Of a stretch of 64,000 nt of DNA, positions 41,335 through 55,509 are shown in pieces. This DNA comes from Octopus sinensis (lineage: Eukaryota): NCBI RefSeq assembly GCF_006345805.1, contig NC_043004.1, forward strand, positions 17,236,001-17,300,000. The letters run 5' to 3'. Positions within the stretch are counted from its first letter, which is position 1; every line of letters starts with the position of its first letter. The position numbers were made by a program, and so were the translations under genes. Below the pieces are notes generated by a model, which did not search any database, was not told the origin of the DNA, and saw only the letters and a list, made by a program, of their open reading frames with translations.

Positions 41335-41644
41335 GAAATTTGTAAGATGACATAATATATTTTACTAATGTTCTACAGTTAGTATTGACAAGGACATGGG
41401 AATAAAAATCCATCCGTTGCTCTCTTTTTTTCTCCTTGCTAACTCATCCCTAAACTTCGACACAGTCGTCTTTCAGATGTCATTAAGACACTTCTTCAAG
41501 AACATCCGGTTGTGTCTGTGAAAACTGCCATCAAAAACATCCTCCAATACATACTCATTCATTGTTACACATCTCAAACAAACAGTCGTGAACATCGCCT
41601 TCTTCAGTCTTGGTCGACGCACTTAAATCTCTCGCTCTCTCTCT
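41335..41644 (-). repeat. Inverted copy of 36961-37272
   Basis: About 310 bp; only a few substitutions and one 2-nt deletion by eye. Confidence 0.95.
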
Positions 41645-42233
41645 GGTCGACGTTAGGGTGAGCGGGTTTGTAGAATTATTGTCTTATTTTTATCACAGTA
41701 TGTTCTGCCCTGCTCTGGGGCATTTTCGCTTACTCTTGGCGGTGAATTTGTTGCTTGTTTTTCAAGCAAAGTGTGTGTGTGGCTTGTTGTCGGTGAGCTT
41801 GTTTGAACAGCCCGAGAAGCAAACCGGAATTATTTGATGTAAATTGTTGTCTTTCTACAGTGGAGAAAAAATGAAGAATTATTGTTGTTTTCACACCAAC
41901 TAAGAGGTTTCGAAAACTATGGATTTGAAGAAGAGATTAACATTTTTTTTGCTTAGTTACAAGCAGAGAACTGGATTTTACCATGAAATTGAGAGCTGCA
42001 AAGGAGCCGAGATCGAATAGGGCCGGAGTACCATTGTGGCCTGAATTTTTTTTCTGCCTGGAACTATATATTTTTATTTACTCTTTGTGAACTGTTGTTT
42101 TTCCTTTTTCTTTCTTTTATGAACTATTTTTGGTATGAACTATTATTTTCATTTCTTCCGCCTTTATTGAACAGTCTTCTCTATTTTTCCTGTGTTTAGA
42201 ATTTTTGTTGTTTATTTTATGTGGACATTTTAA

Positions 42234-43526
42234 TATGAAGGAAAATAAGGCCACCGCTTTGGAGTGGGAGATTGTCCCATCCAAGCAGTGGCTTCAAAAC
42301 CTTGAGAGAAGGACGGTGGTACTACAGACCTATTCTAGGTCGCGTGGCGCCATCGCCCCCTTCGACAAGAGTATCATTGATAAAGAGCTGGCAAAATGTT
42401 TGCCAGCAAAAAATTACTTTGTGTCCAGGGGTGTCAGGTATGCAACGGTGTGATTGCTATTTGACACCCCTGAGATAGCTTGCACTGCGGTAAGTCAACC
42501 CCTAGAAGAGGATGAGATTTTGTTCCTTCCCACATATTGTGAGAGGAAAATAATGAGGGCTTGGGTATGTGGGCTGCCGCCCGGAATTCGGTCTAAATGG
42601 ATAGAACAGACCATTCGGAGAGGTCTGGGTGGTAGCGGAACCAAGTTCCTCAGTGTCAGGGTGGAGGCCGCGACCGATTGGACAGGGTCAAAAGCAGTTT
42701 TGACCTTTTGGACCCAGTCGGCCGGAGGCCTAGTACTCCCTTTTATCTTGGTAATGGCCGGGGCCAGGTATCCGGTGATACTTGAGGGTCGCCCCACCAA
42801 GTGTCACCTGTGCCTGGAACCAGGCCACATCAAAAAGAACTGCCCCCAAGGCCGAGGTAAGGCCCTGGAGCAGAGGAAAAAAGAGAAGTTGCCCTCCGCC
42901 CCCACCCCATTGCAGGGGGAGACAGAGGAAGTAGTGGAGGCGGTTGCCTCCCCGAAAAGAAAATGAAAGGCGAGCAACAATGGTTGCTCCCCCAAAGACA
43001 TACAGGTTGCGGGAGAGGAGGCAGACCTCACGGATAAGCCGATAGAGGCCCTGACTACCGCAAGCCCAAAGAAGAGAAATAAAAGAAGAAAAAGAAAAAA
43101 AATGGGAGACGGTCGGTGGAGGTTGATGTGCCGCCGACAGATCCCAATGATCTGCCGGTGGGATGTGTACCACTGGCAGAAAAGACTCCGTCAGTGGAAA
43201 TTGTGCCACTGACAGAGCAGGCTGAGGCCCTTCCCCGTGAGGAAGAGGTGGAACCCGTCATTTTCTATCACAAGGGAGATGCTGTCGAGAGATTCTTGAA
43301 CAGGGTTCTCGACCGACAACGTTACGACTCGGTCTGCATTGACTGTCCAAGTTGGGCTCCGCAGGTGGGTGCGGAGGTCATAGCACAAAAAGAACTTTTT
43401 GAGGTCTTAGTGACCTTTGGAAAAGAAGAATTTGCTTTTCTTCCGGACTCCGACCTGCCGATACAGGCTTTCCTGCAGGCGGCAGGGAACTTATGCAGGG
43501 GCTCGGATGAGAAAGTGGAAGATTAA
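42234..43526 (+). pseudogene. Gag-like ORF1 with CCHC knuckle (CHLCLEPGHIKKNC)
   Basis: ORFs 42205..42453 and 42454..42966 are in the same frame, broken by TGA at 42451 and 42964. A frameshift near the A-run at about 43100 leads to 43116..43526. Confidence 0.8.
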
Positions 43527-43847
43527 GAAAAATTTTGTAATTTTTTGTGTAAAATTGAATAAAAGAATAGTGATTTCGAGGGGTTATCGGTCGGCGGGCG
43601 GCGGTGCCCCTCCTATTTCTGTTCATCATTATCACCCTCATCTCATTAATGTTTTTGTCCAGCCCGCCGCTACTCATCTGCGTACGGCTTTCATGGCCAA
43701 TTTTATGAATAAAAGTAGCTTGCTTACCAGCCACATGGTTTCGGGCTCAATCCCACTGCGTGGCACCTTGGGCATATGCCTTTTACTTTAGCCTCGGGCC
43801 GTCCAAAGCCTTGTAATTGGATTTGGTAGATGGAAACTGAATGAAGC

Positions 43848-43915
<68 letters not shown>

Positions 43916-44206
43916 TGTATGTATGTATGTATGTATGTATGTGTGTCTATGTTTGTTCCCCACTATCTCTTGACAACCGATGCTGGTGTGTTTACGTTCC
44001 CATAACTTAGCGGTTCGGCAAAAAGAGACCGATAGAATAAATAACTAGGCTTACAAAGGATAAATCCCGAGGTCGATTTGTTCGACTAAAATGCAATGCT
44101 CCAGCATAGCCGCAGTCAAATGACTGAAACAAATGAAGGATACAAGAATATATAAAAATAAATATAAATAAATATATATATATATATATACACCCACACC
44201 CACATA

Positions 44207-45060
44207 CAGGGTGCGATGGGTAAATTGTCGCGATTTTATATTTTTATTTTCGCGCATGCGCATTGCTTATTTTCGATGTTGTCGACTACACAGTATAGTA
44301 GGGTCAGTTGGATACTGTCTGTGAGAAAAACAGCACCATAACGCAATTCACTCTGCCAGGAATTTGAAAACGATAGGCTCTACTGCTTGGTATTGGTGCC
44401 GGAAATTCCAGTACGAATATTTCAGATTGCTTGGGTGTCCATCTGAAGACAGTGTAATCTGAGGATATGTACAGAGAGTGATAAAATTCAAACATTCAGT
44501 CAACATCATGGTGTTTGGAGCGATGACAACGTTATGCCTCCATTCATCTTGCCACACGGCCTCAAACTCAACACGAAGGCCTACATAAATTGCTTGGTGG
44601 AGGTAATACTGCTCTGGGTCAAGAAGGTGGCAATAAGACTCTGCACCATGCTACACAAACAGGAGGACCCAGTCATGGCTGTCAGACAATTTCTGTGATC
44701 ACATCACCCCTAACATATGGTCACGTAACTCCCCAAACTGCAACCCCCTTCATTATTATGTGTGGCGCAGTTGAGCGAGAGACCGATTAAACTACTTGTA
44801 ACACCAAAGATGAATTGAAGGCAAGGAGTATGGCAGCAATCACCAACTTAAACAAAGAAACCGTCCAGAAGAGTTGCAGGGGATTCTAAAGTCGTCTGGA
44901 GGCTGTGGTTGAAGCCAATGTCGATTTTATTGAATGAATTTACTCTTTTAGTATTACAAGATATTTTTATGTAATTTTGGTAAATATATCTGTTAAAATG
45001 AGATGTCAGTGTTATTTTCATTTTTGCGAAATGTAAACGACAGTTTATTCACCGCATCCT

Positions 45061-45061
<1 letters not shown>
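44207..45061 (+). mobile_element. Internally deleted Tc1/mariner-superfamily element (855 bp)
   Basis: 24-bp imperfect TIRs CAGGGTGCGATGGGTAAATTGTCG; TA TSD; remnant W..NSPNCNPLHYYVW. Confidence 0.8.
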
Positions 45062-45114
<53 letters not shown>

Positions 45115-45531
45115 ACACGTATATATTTTATAATATATTATGTATACGTGTATATCTATGTATATACGTACATATATTCAAATACGTATACATATACACA
45201 TATATATGCTTATATATATATATATTATATATTTATCCCGGATATTTTTAGTTAACAGTTAAAAGCCCGCTTACATTTGAGTGTTCTATAGATCGTACAA
45301 AGCGGATTATAAAATTTATTTCATGATTTAAATTTCGTTTCTACTTAATGGGTGCTATCAAGATACTCGTTGTTTAAAAACGTTCTGTAATTCGCGGAGA
45401 GTATATGTAGTGAAAAATACGAGTTTTACATCCTTCATGGCAATTCTCTTGAGCAAAATATAGAGTATACAGTTGATCTGAAAGAAGGTACTCATATAAT
45501 ATAGTTTATTATATCGTCATTTTATGGTATA

Positions 45532-45569
<38 letters not shown>

Positions 45570-47154
45570 CCACAGTATTGTATTTGTTTGTACAGAATCA
45601 TACTTTTCCTCTACAAAACCACTTTAAAATAGCCTTCACAAAATTTACTCGTAAAATAGGGGTGCATTTTATACAAGAGTGTGTCATATACGTAAGGAAA
45701 TAATGTATTTGGTATTTGGTCATCGTTGGCTGAATGGAAAGCAAAGTTCCAATCATAACAGCATTTGAACTAAAATATAGGTGAAAACAACTAAATACCG
45801 TTTTCACCAGCTAAGAGGTTTAACGGTTCGATTTATCAGAACAGAAACACTTCTGTTTAATGAAGTAATCTGGGTACCTTACGTTTTACATTATATTGAA
45901 GGATGTATCAACAAAACAGTATTCTAGGAAATCTAGACTTCTGCAGCAGTTAAAACAAAAAGGAGTTATATGTAAGTATAATGTGATAAAGATTTTGTTC
46001 ATGTAACACGTTAAGAGTACATGGAGCGTAATGTCTATGAAGTTGTTATGTCGTTACGAAAGAAAACACAGATAGAAAGGACAAAATTAATAAACAAACA
46101 TGGCCGCCTTGCTACAAAATGGAAGAAGAATCTGTAATACGTCATTACTTCTAACCTGAGCAATCGCAATCAATGAATATATTTTGAATAATACTTGATA
46201 AAATTCAGGGAGAAAACTAAAAGCACAAAGCAAAACAGTTTTCAATGAAAGGGAAATGAAGCAACACAATAGCAAAATTGCAGAAGATTGCTTTCTTTGG
46301 ATTGAATAACAAACAAAAGTCAAGTAGTATTATTGTCTAACAGCAGATCATAAAGAAAATGCTGAGAGAACAAAACATATACAAGCATACATTTATACAG
46401 ATAGATGCGCATGCGCACACGCAGCCTCAACAATAAATACAATTCTTTTATTTGTTTATGTGATGGTCTTTTTTTTTTTCGAGATCAAAAATAACATCGA
46501 GTTATAGTTGTAACAATACGGGAAATTAATTAAATAAATACCCATAGTCTAGAAACAAACAAAATCAAAGCGACCCATTTTGTATAGCTGAAAACTTTAA
46601 CGAAGACGTATAATTAACGGTAATTTAGAAATGCGTAATTACTCACTTTTCAATATCTCTTTACATAAACACATCTGTGTGTAAATGCAAGCACGTAATT
46701 GAAAGTTGGAGAAAAAAGTAATACGTTGTATTAAACCCATTCCACGAGATGACAATGGCAGTAGCTGACTAATTATTGTATTATCTCACTGCCTCATTAT
46801 ACAACCTGTCGATATTCATGACAGCGAAATAGTCTCACATGTTATCATGTTATAAAAATAATCTTAAGACCATGCCGTACATAATTTTTGGTGCATTTTC
46901 TTCTCTGACAGGCTTTCATTCTCTAGGCTGAACAGCTAGAATTGGAGACGACTTAATAACCCCTGAAAAAAGTTTATTTTCATAACAAGTTTACATTTGG
47001 CACAATTGACGTAAATTAAAGCCACTTTTCTTCTTCGGCTTTCTATTTCTTCAACAACACCCAACAAATAATACAAAAAGATACTAAAACTAACATAATT
47101 TGATTGACATTGGAAGTATGATTTGATATCCTTGTACAAAGTAGCGTCATGAAG

Positions 47155-47197
<43 letters not shown>

Positions 47198-49079
47198 GAG
47201 AGAGAGAGAGAAAAAAACAAAGGAAACGCTAACTACCTCGCATTGTTAAAACACGCTACCTCGCAGGGAGCTCAGTCTATCCATCCATCCATACTCTTCA
47301 CCCACTATGCCTGGGAGGGTCGTAGGGGAGGGGGTTGGGTCTTCAGGCACCTCCTTCGTAGGGTTCTGTCAGAAGCATTACTCATTCCGGTTAGATTTTC
47401 GAGTACGACCAACAGAGACTCTGCATATTATAAGCCATCTCATTCTTGGTCTAAACCTTAGGCTTGAAAAATCTATCTTGCGATTCTTTCCTGCAATATT
47501 CCAGTCATAATTCCGTAGTACCAGAACTGTGATCTCTCAATGCGGAGAAATAGCGGCTCGACCTGGAGAGATTCCCTGATCTCCAAGTTACACACCCTCT
47601 CGAGTAACGTTACTCCAGAGATTCTTCGGAGAATGCCCCACTGCGATCATTTGTATTTACGATTGTACTTATTTGGTAAATACCAAACATTCATGACTTA
47701 AGGTGAAGATAGGCACGAAACCGAATTGGAAATAGCGAATTTAGCTTTTTTACTAACTTTCTCCTCTTTTGAAGAGCGAATGCTTGACCTGGTGCAAACC
47801 TTTTGAGCATTCATAAAAGGACTTCACGACAATCAGAACTGACCCTTAAAATTTGTTTTCTGTAGTTGAAATATTTGATAATAAAATAAATTTCAAAACC
47901 ACATTTTGATAAATTAGAATTTTAAAGATGTTTCTACGCAGTGTAGTCTTTAATAATTGCATTCTTTTAGTAACTGTTACATGTTCATAACTAATTAATA
48001 AGCAGCTTTCTTTATTGTATTATATATGGTTTTGGTAGTCAGGTATCTGCAATTATTATTTTAATATCTAATGACAGCTATTTCTGGAAAGCTACTTGGA
48101 GACTTGATATTGCATGGGATATGATAAAATATTTAAAAGGATTGGTTATGTTGTTCGCCTGAATGTCTCCAATTTGATGAGATAGAGTCGTCCAGAGTTT
48201 CTGCATATCTGTAGTGGACTCGATATTATATATAAACTCGAATAAATATCTTTATATTACACACTGCTCAGGATTAAGCTGGTCAACTAATTTTCTAGTT
48301 CTTTGTCAAACTCCTCTAATTACAACATATTTATTCACACATGTTCATTTGAGACGAAATAATGCTGGAATAATGAGCATTCTAGGTATACATTTCCAGC
48401 ATTTAATTATGGATTAATTATACAACGTGGATAAGATATGAATGACTGTTTCCAGTCATGAGTTGCATATTTATGCTGCAATTCACAGCTCCTATTTCGA
48501 CGGCACATGCAATACTATTCGTTAATTTGAGATGTTAACAAATGACTTTTGACATATTCTTGCTTTACTTAACCTCGTTTCATGCATCTTACATCAATGT
48601 GAAGCTCAACTCCATTTTGCTGACTATGCAAGACCATTTAAGTGACCGCTAGATAAGAAGCCAAGAAATATGTTATAAATAAATGTTCTCGAAGGTTTCC
48701 GATTTACCCAAACCCGATATCTTCGAGTGGGGATAAGTCAAGAATAAAGTATGAAGGCTGTCCCGAAAATAGTGCAAAAGTATGCAAAAGAAGCAGGAAG
48801 AGTTACAATGGAGAAGAAGTTAGTCTTGCAACATATGTAATTTGAGCGACCTTTGTCAGTTAATAAACAAAAGTTATGCCCACTCCTACATTTCTTTCGC
48901 GACAACCCAAAACCTCAAAACACCCAGAAAGTACAAGCTGATTTGTAAACTTGACATGCGACTCATTGTCTCTCAGTCTCCCAGTCAATATTAAACAGAA
49001 CGCCAGTGTTAAAAAGAATAAATTTTGAAGATTCGTTTTGAATATAGCAAATCACATGAAATACGTAAATAAACGAGTT

Positions 49080-49683
49080 AAATACGTAAACAATGAGAAA
49101 AAATGGAAAGCAGGATAAGTAAACACAGAGAAAGGACCCTTCACCAATTGTTAGCTGTCTATCTACTCCTCATTTTGAGCATTCAATAACACGAGTCTTC
49201 AAAGACAGTTACTTCCATAAATTCTAAAATAAAATTTAGGATTTATGGAGGATCAAAGTTGAGAGAAAGAACTTAACAGTGAAGAAATAAAAGGAAACCG
49301 AACGAAAACAAACATGGAAGGTCGTTAGACCAGAGCGAGAGGAAAAATAGTGAACGCTGGGAGTAACACCTTTTTTGAAAAGAGAAAAGATAGAACAAAT
49401 ATAGAGAGAAAAATCACGCCCGTTCTTGCTCTCGTTCTGGTCTAATGACCTTCCATGTTTGTTTTCGTTCGGTTCCTTGTTTGTCTCCACTGTCATGTTT
49501 TTGTTCATAACTTTGACCCTCCATAAATCCTAAATTTTATTTTAGAATTTATGGGAGCAACTGTCTTTGAAGACTCATATTGTCGTTGAATACTCAAAAT
49601 GAGGAGTAGATAGACAGCCGACAACTGATGAAGGGTCGTTTCTCTCTCCTGTTTTCCATTTTTTTTCGTTGTTTACGTATTTC
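49080..49683. repeat. Imperfect about 600-bp fold-back, probably Penelope-like terminal repeats in inverted orientation
   Basis: 49080-49345 matches the reverse complement of 49420-49683; contains ctgatgaaggg. Confidence 0.8.
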
Positions 49684-49747
49684 ATGTTACTTGCACCGTT
49701 GGTAACGTCCTGTACCCATATATGTATGTATGTATATTATATATATA

Positions 49748-49805
<58 letters not shown>

Positions 49806-50347
49806 TTTATTACATACATTCATAACAGATTCAAGCAATCACTGGAACTGTAAAAATCTGTAAAACTTTCCAGAAGTTTATAATTTAAGTATATACGTGC
49901 ATGTTTGGACACTACACTATGTGCATGAGAATATTAAGCAAACTCTACAAATCTGCACATCCAATGACTATAAATACTGCACATATGCACAAGTACATGC
50001 AAAAATACTCTGTTGGTGTTGTTGAAATTCCAATGAAGGAGACTTGGATCTTGGTTAGAAACCGGTTCTTTCTCTATTGGAAAGAACTGTTGAACTAAAG
50101 CTGAATAATGATATGCATACATATGTACATACGCATACACTAGTATACTCGCGCATATGCATACACATACACACACACATATAAACATATGTTAATCTGT
50201 TTAACCCAGATACACTTATGTATGCTCGCGAAAGCAAATCAACAAGGTCAGACGCACACACTCCTATTTACATGTATGTGGGATAATAAATATGTGCATA
50301 GGATGTATATTGTATGCATTTACTATATCCCTAGTATGCACCTTTTC

Positions 50348-50390
<43 letters not shown>

Positions 50391-51129
50391 ACTCCATCTT
50401 TCTTTTTTGTATCTCCCTAACACACAGACACACACACACACACGAGAAAAATACAGATCTCCAGTCCCTCATTATCTCTGATGGGTTGGCTCTATTCTCT
50501 ATTCAATAGAACGAAGCCCTATTTTTCTCTTTATTTTTTTTTTCTATCATCGTCTTATTCATCTACTTTCTTATAGCTTTATTGACTGTGCTACATGCAA
50601 CAGAGAGAAAACAAATAGATTCCATATAGACCACCACCGCCACCCACTCACACCCACCCCCTCCAAATAAGAAAGAAAGAAAAGGAAAACACCCAAGCAT
50701 AAAAAGAAAACAAAAGAAATAACAGCGTAGAAGTGAGATTTTTTTTGTCCTGCAGACTCTCAATTACATTTGTGTAAAGTGTAAACGCGTGTGTGTGTGT
50801 GTGTGTGTGTGCATGTGTGTGTGTGTGTGTGTGTGTGCATATGTGTGTGTGTGTGTGTGTATGCATGTATGCGTTTTATTCTGTTATCCTGTTTCGATGA
50901 CGTGTCTCAAACTATTTTGTTTTGATTCGAAGATACCAGTCCAGTAATAAGTATCTTTTACATAAATATCTACGTCTTTTCTAACGGACGCACACACATA
51001 CAGACATACTTATATACATACATGCGCACACGTATATGTGTGTGTGTGTGTGTGTATATATAAGAATACGAATGTAATTGTGTCAAACGAATAAGAGTGC
51101 TCAAGGATATAGAGTCTATAGCTCACTGA

Positions 51130-51520
51130 AACTAAATTCTTATCTTGTGTCTCGAGTTTAACGCTACCGCATTCTCGCAAAGTGTTATGGAATGATCCAT
51201 GTTAGGAATATCATTGTGAAAACATCTCAACATATTCCAAAAAGAGATAATTCGAGAATGGAGTTGGGTGAACGACGTAATCGCAGAAAACCAGAAGCAG
51301 AGGCTAGTCGAGCAGGACATGTCATGTACTTATCAGACCACAGGTGGACACGTTCGGTTGTTGAATATGGTATCCAAGAAATTGGAAAAAAGGATACTCG
51401 GACGTTCTCCGCGACGATGGGAAAATGATTTAGCGAAACGATTTGGGCCAAGATGGGAAATAATGGCGCAATCAAGAAAGAATTGGAAGCAAATTGTGAT
51501 AAGTGATGCGCAACATCTGA
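51130..51520 (+). mobile_element. RTE-clade LINE 3' end remnant
   Basis: AGHV...DHRWTRSVVE and KR..GRSPRRWENDL...W...AQSRKNWK across frameshifts. Confidence 0.75.
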
Positions 51521-51726
51521 TCGATAATGAATCAGTTATACATACATACATACATACATACATACATACATGCATACATACATACATACACACATATGCG
51601 TATACATACATATGTGTGTGAGTGTGTTGCGCATCACTTATCACAGTTTGCTTCCAATTCTTATATATATATATAAAATGATTATATCAGTGGCCTAGCG
51701 TATAAAAATGACTGTATAAGTAAAAT

Positions 51727-51998
51727 TAATTTTTTTAAAAGTATATATTTATAAAAATGTATTTATAATTAAGGGCTACTGTAAATAACCAGCGCCTGCG
51801 CTAGAAATAGATGTCAAATACCTACAATCTACTCTAAAATTTGTTATATTCAACCAAAGGTCGGCCTGTAGTTGAATATAGAGATCAAATTTTTGAGTGG
51901 ATTGTAGGTATTTGATGTCTACTTCTAGCGCAGGTGCTGGTTACTTCCAGTAGCCATGAATTATAATTTATATTTTAAATTATATACTTAAAAAATTA
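51727..51998. repeat. Imperfect palindrome with about 128-bp arms and a 16-nt spacer (MITE-like)
   Basis: accagcgcctgcgctagaa...tattcaac / gttgaata...ttctagcgcaggtgctggt. Confidence 0.85.
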
Positions 51999-51999
51999 G

Positions 52000-52066
<67 letters not shown>

Positions 52067-52127
52067 GAATATAGAGAGAGGAGAGAGAGATGAGGAGAGA
52101 GAGGAGAGAGAGAGAAGGAAGAGAGGG

Positions 52128-52187
<60 letters not shown>

Positions 52188-52399
52188 GGAGAGAAAGAGA
52201 GAGAGAGTCAACAGATGAGATCGAGAGAATCCCAATACAGAAAACAATTTGTTATGCTCACCAGGTTGAACTTTAAACACCGATATCTCACCGGGGACCC
52301 AGGACTTTTTTCCTTTAATTCTTGAGTCTATGTAAACTGAGTAGTAGATGCTTTATAAAAAAATAAAAATATATTTATACTTGATTGTTGTTAATCTCG

Positions 52400-52448
<49 letters not shown>

Positions 52449-52473
52449 ATATCTATATATCTTATATATATAG

Positions 52474-52504
<31 letters not shown>

Positions 52505-52506
<2 letters not shown>

Positions 52507-53340
52507 GTTAGGGTATGGGTATGGGATCTTGAATGTATGATTTATATTGTGTAGTTCAGTTAGGGAAGCAACGTTATCTAGAGAAAAGTAGCTCACTTTA
52601 ACGTTATCGGTGTTGAGAGGTTCGTTTTATATACTTGTATTTGGGAACAAAGTCTCAGAAACTATAGAAAGAATTTTCCTGATTATGTTGATGGTTTAAT
52701 GGTGGATTAAGTCAAATTCCCCCATTACTTAGTGTGGTGGATTCCTTGTTTCCTCTTATGTGTGGTGGATTCATGCTGTTGCAAACTTCTTTTTACGGCG
52801 TTACTTTTATAGGGAAACTCATTCAAAAATGTCCCTGCCTTTGGATAATTAGAAACTTTCCTAATTATACTGTCTATAGCCTTCTTGTTATAGCTAACAG
52901 TTGACTTATGTTTTCTTGTACGTGCATGATTAACGCGTTCGAAATATTAAAAGAGTGATATTTGACAGTAATAAAACGTTCTCAAATGGTAAAGGTTGTG
53001 TTTAAATCGAATTTCTTGAAACATTCACATCGGGTCTCTTCTGAATTAATCCAGTGTGGCTGTTTACGTTACAGGGAATTATTAAATTGTCATATGCATA
53101 TATTGTTGAGATATAGGTATTGTTAATTTATTGAGAGGGTCTAGCTAAAAATGTCCATAGGATAGCATATTTCCGTATCTTTCCATGAAAATGTCTAACT
53201 AGGGACCGCTTACCTTTTTGACGAAGGAGAAATCAAGATATAGGGTGGGTTTCATATGTTCATTATTATCGTGGTGTCGACGTTGCTAATTGTAATGAAA
53301 AGTCATGTGTATTCCAGGAATTCAGAAGAATACCCCCCAC
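52505..53340 (-). mobile_element. Highly degenerate Penelope-like RT thumb/linker remnant
   Basis: Across frames I.LNPP and LNTDNVKVSYFSLDNVASLTELHN resemble the PLE motif WFNPP...FN.NTVKVSYSC..N...HN; many stops. Confidence 0.5.
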
Positions 53341-53545
53341 ACACACACTTGCAAGCATACTCACACAATAAAATCTATTACTCTTTCCATCTATTTTATT
53401 AATACTGTTACCCCAACCACCAACTATGAAGTTCCTGCAATAAATCTACGGATAACAACGGGGAAGCGAAACTGTGCCGGTGCTTTACTCATCATCTATT
53501 TATACATTTTGTACAATGTCTCAATATATATATATATATATATAT

Positions 53546-53586
<41 letters not shown>

Positions 53587-53776
53587 GATGGAATAAAAAC
53601 GCAATAGAGGGTATTAAAACGTTCGGACAGATAGACGACACGAAGGCGGACAAGAGAAACAACAATTAGAAGGACAGGTAAAAAAGACGGGTCATTCTGG
53701 CTTTCTTCATCAGTCAAGTACCAGTAGTCACGACATTTCGGACAGTAACGCTGAGATGGTTCGATCACGTATATAT

Positions 53777-53809
<33 letters not shown>

Positions 53810-53859
53810 AATATAACCAGATCGAACAATCTGTAACTGTCCGAAATGGTCGTGACTTC

Positions 53860-53890
<31 letters not shown>

Positions 53891-53923
53891 ATGTATGTAT
53901 GTATGTATGTATGTATGTATGTA

Positions 53924-53962
<39 letters not shown>

Positions 53963-54759
53963 GTGTGTAAGTATAAAAATAATATTACTATTCAGCAAGA
54001 ATAAGGCACCATAAAAGGCAGAATTATAAATATACAAAGCTGATGTACACGAAGTATAAAACATCTCTTCCTGTAAACATTCAGTGAAACTCTATATAGC
54101 GTCGATAGCTTACCGGCTGCTATTTCTAGCAATGATCGTAATTCGTGTACATCATCTTTGTATATCAGTTTGTCTATGTATGTATGTATGTATGTATGTA
54201 TGTATGTATGTATGTATGTATGTATGTATGTATGTATCTATCTATAATACACGCATACTCACCCTCATAATGCCTGCAGTCTATAATGTACATGCACGCA
54301 CATACACGTACACACACATACATACATATGTAAGTCTCTCGTATATATTTATATAGGTATATGTTGCTGAGACACCCTTCAGTCATGACTGACCATGGGA
54401 TTGCACCTAGAAAGTTACCCTCCGAGGCACAGTTCCGGGCAAGGTTGTTTATGGGAGACCAGCAGTCGCCCATGCATACCAGCCTCCCCTCTCCATGTCA
54501 CCGATGTTATCCAAGGAAAAGGCAAAGGCCGATACAGCTTGGCACGAGTGGCATCGCAACTCATTTTCTACAGCTGAGTGAACTGGAGCAACGTGAAATA
54601 AAGTGTCTTGCTCAAGAACACAACACGCAGCCCGGTCCGGGATTCGAACTCACAACCTCACGATCGTAAGCTCGACGCTCTAACCAATGATCCATGATGC
54701 GCCTTCATTTAGGATATGTAAGTATGTATGTATATATGTATATATGTATATATGTATGT

Positions 54760-54799
<40 letters not shown>

Positions 54800-55317
54800 A
54801 TATATATATATCACCGTCACGGTCACGGTCACGGTGATATAACTTTATATAAAAAATGTGTACATACATACATCTCTCTCACCTGATATATAGGTATATA
54901 TATGTATATATATATATATTATATAATATATATGTATGTATGTATGGATATATATATATATATATTATAAAGGGTAAAGACCCCCTTGGTCAGGCACTGA
55001 CCATGGGTTTGCACCTAGAGAGATACCCTCTGAGGCACAAGTCTGGGCAAGGGTGTTTATGGAAGACCAGTAGTCGCCCATGCATACCGGCCTCCCCTCT
55101 CCACGTCACCGATGTGTCCAAGGAAAGGCAAGGGCCGATAAAGCTTGGCACCTGTGACGTCGCAACTCATTTTCTACAGCTGAGTGTGAACTGGAGCAAC
55201 GTGAAATAAAGTGCCTTGCTCAAGAACACAACACGCAGCCCCGTCCGGGATTCGAGCTCACAACCTCACGATCGTAAGCTCGACGCTCTAACCACTGAGC
55301 CATGCGCCTTCATATAC

Positions 55318-55349
<32 letters not shown>

Positions 55350-55411
55350 TATGTATATATATATATTATATATATATATATAATATATATATATATATGT
55401 ATTATATATAT

Positions 55412-55509
<98 letters not shown>

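Larger units (their letters stand above)
40878..43714 (+). mobile_element. 2837-bp L1/Tx1-type retroelement carrying only ORF1, inserted into a family A SINE
   Basis: 14-bp TSD gtagcttgcttacc (40864-40877, 43715-43728); 3' end AATAAAA; SINE head at 40843-40877 and SINE body from 43715 on. Confidence 0.85.

Noticed and set aside
47243-48700. Possible coding sequence in non-microsatellite DNA (also 31780-32290, 45840-46350, 55540-56100, 57500-57690)
   Set aside because: Stops in all frames and only faint LINE or transposase-like words; most likely old TE debris that I cannot classify.
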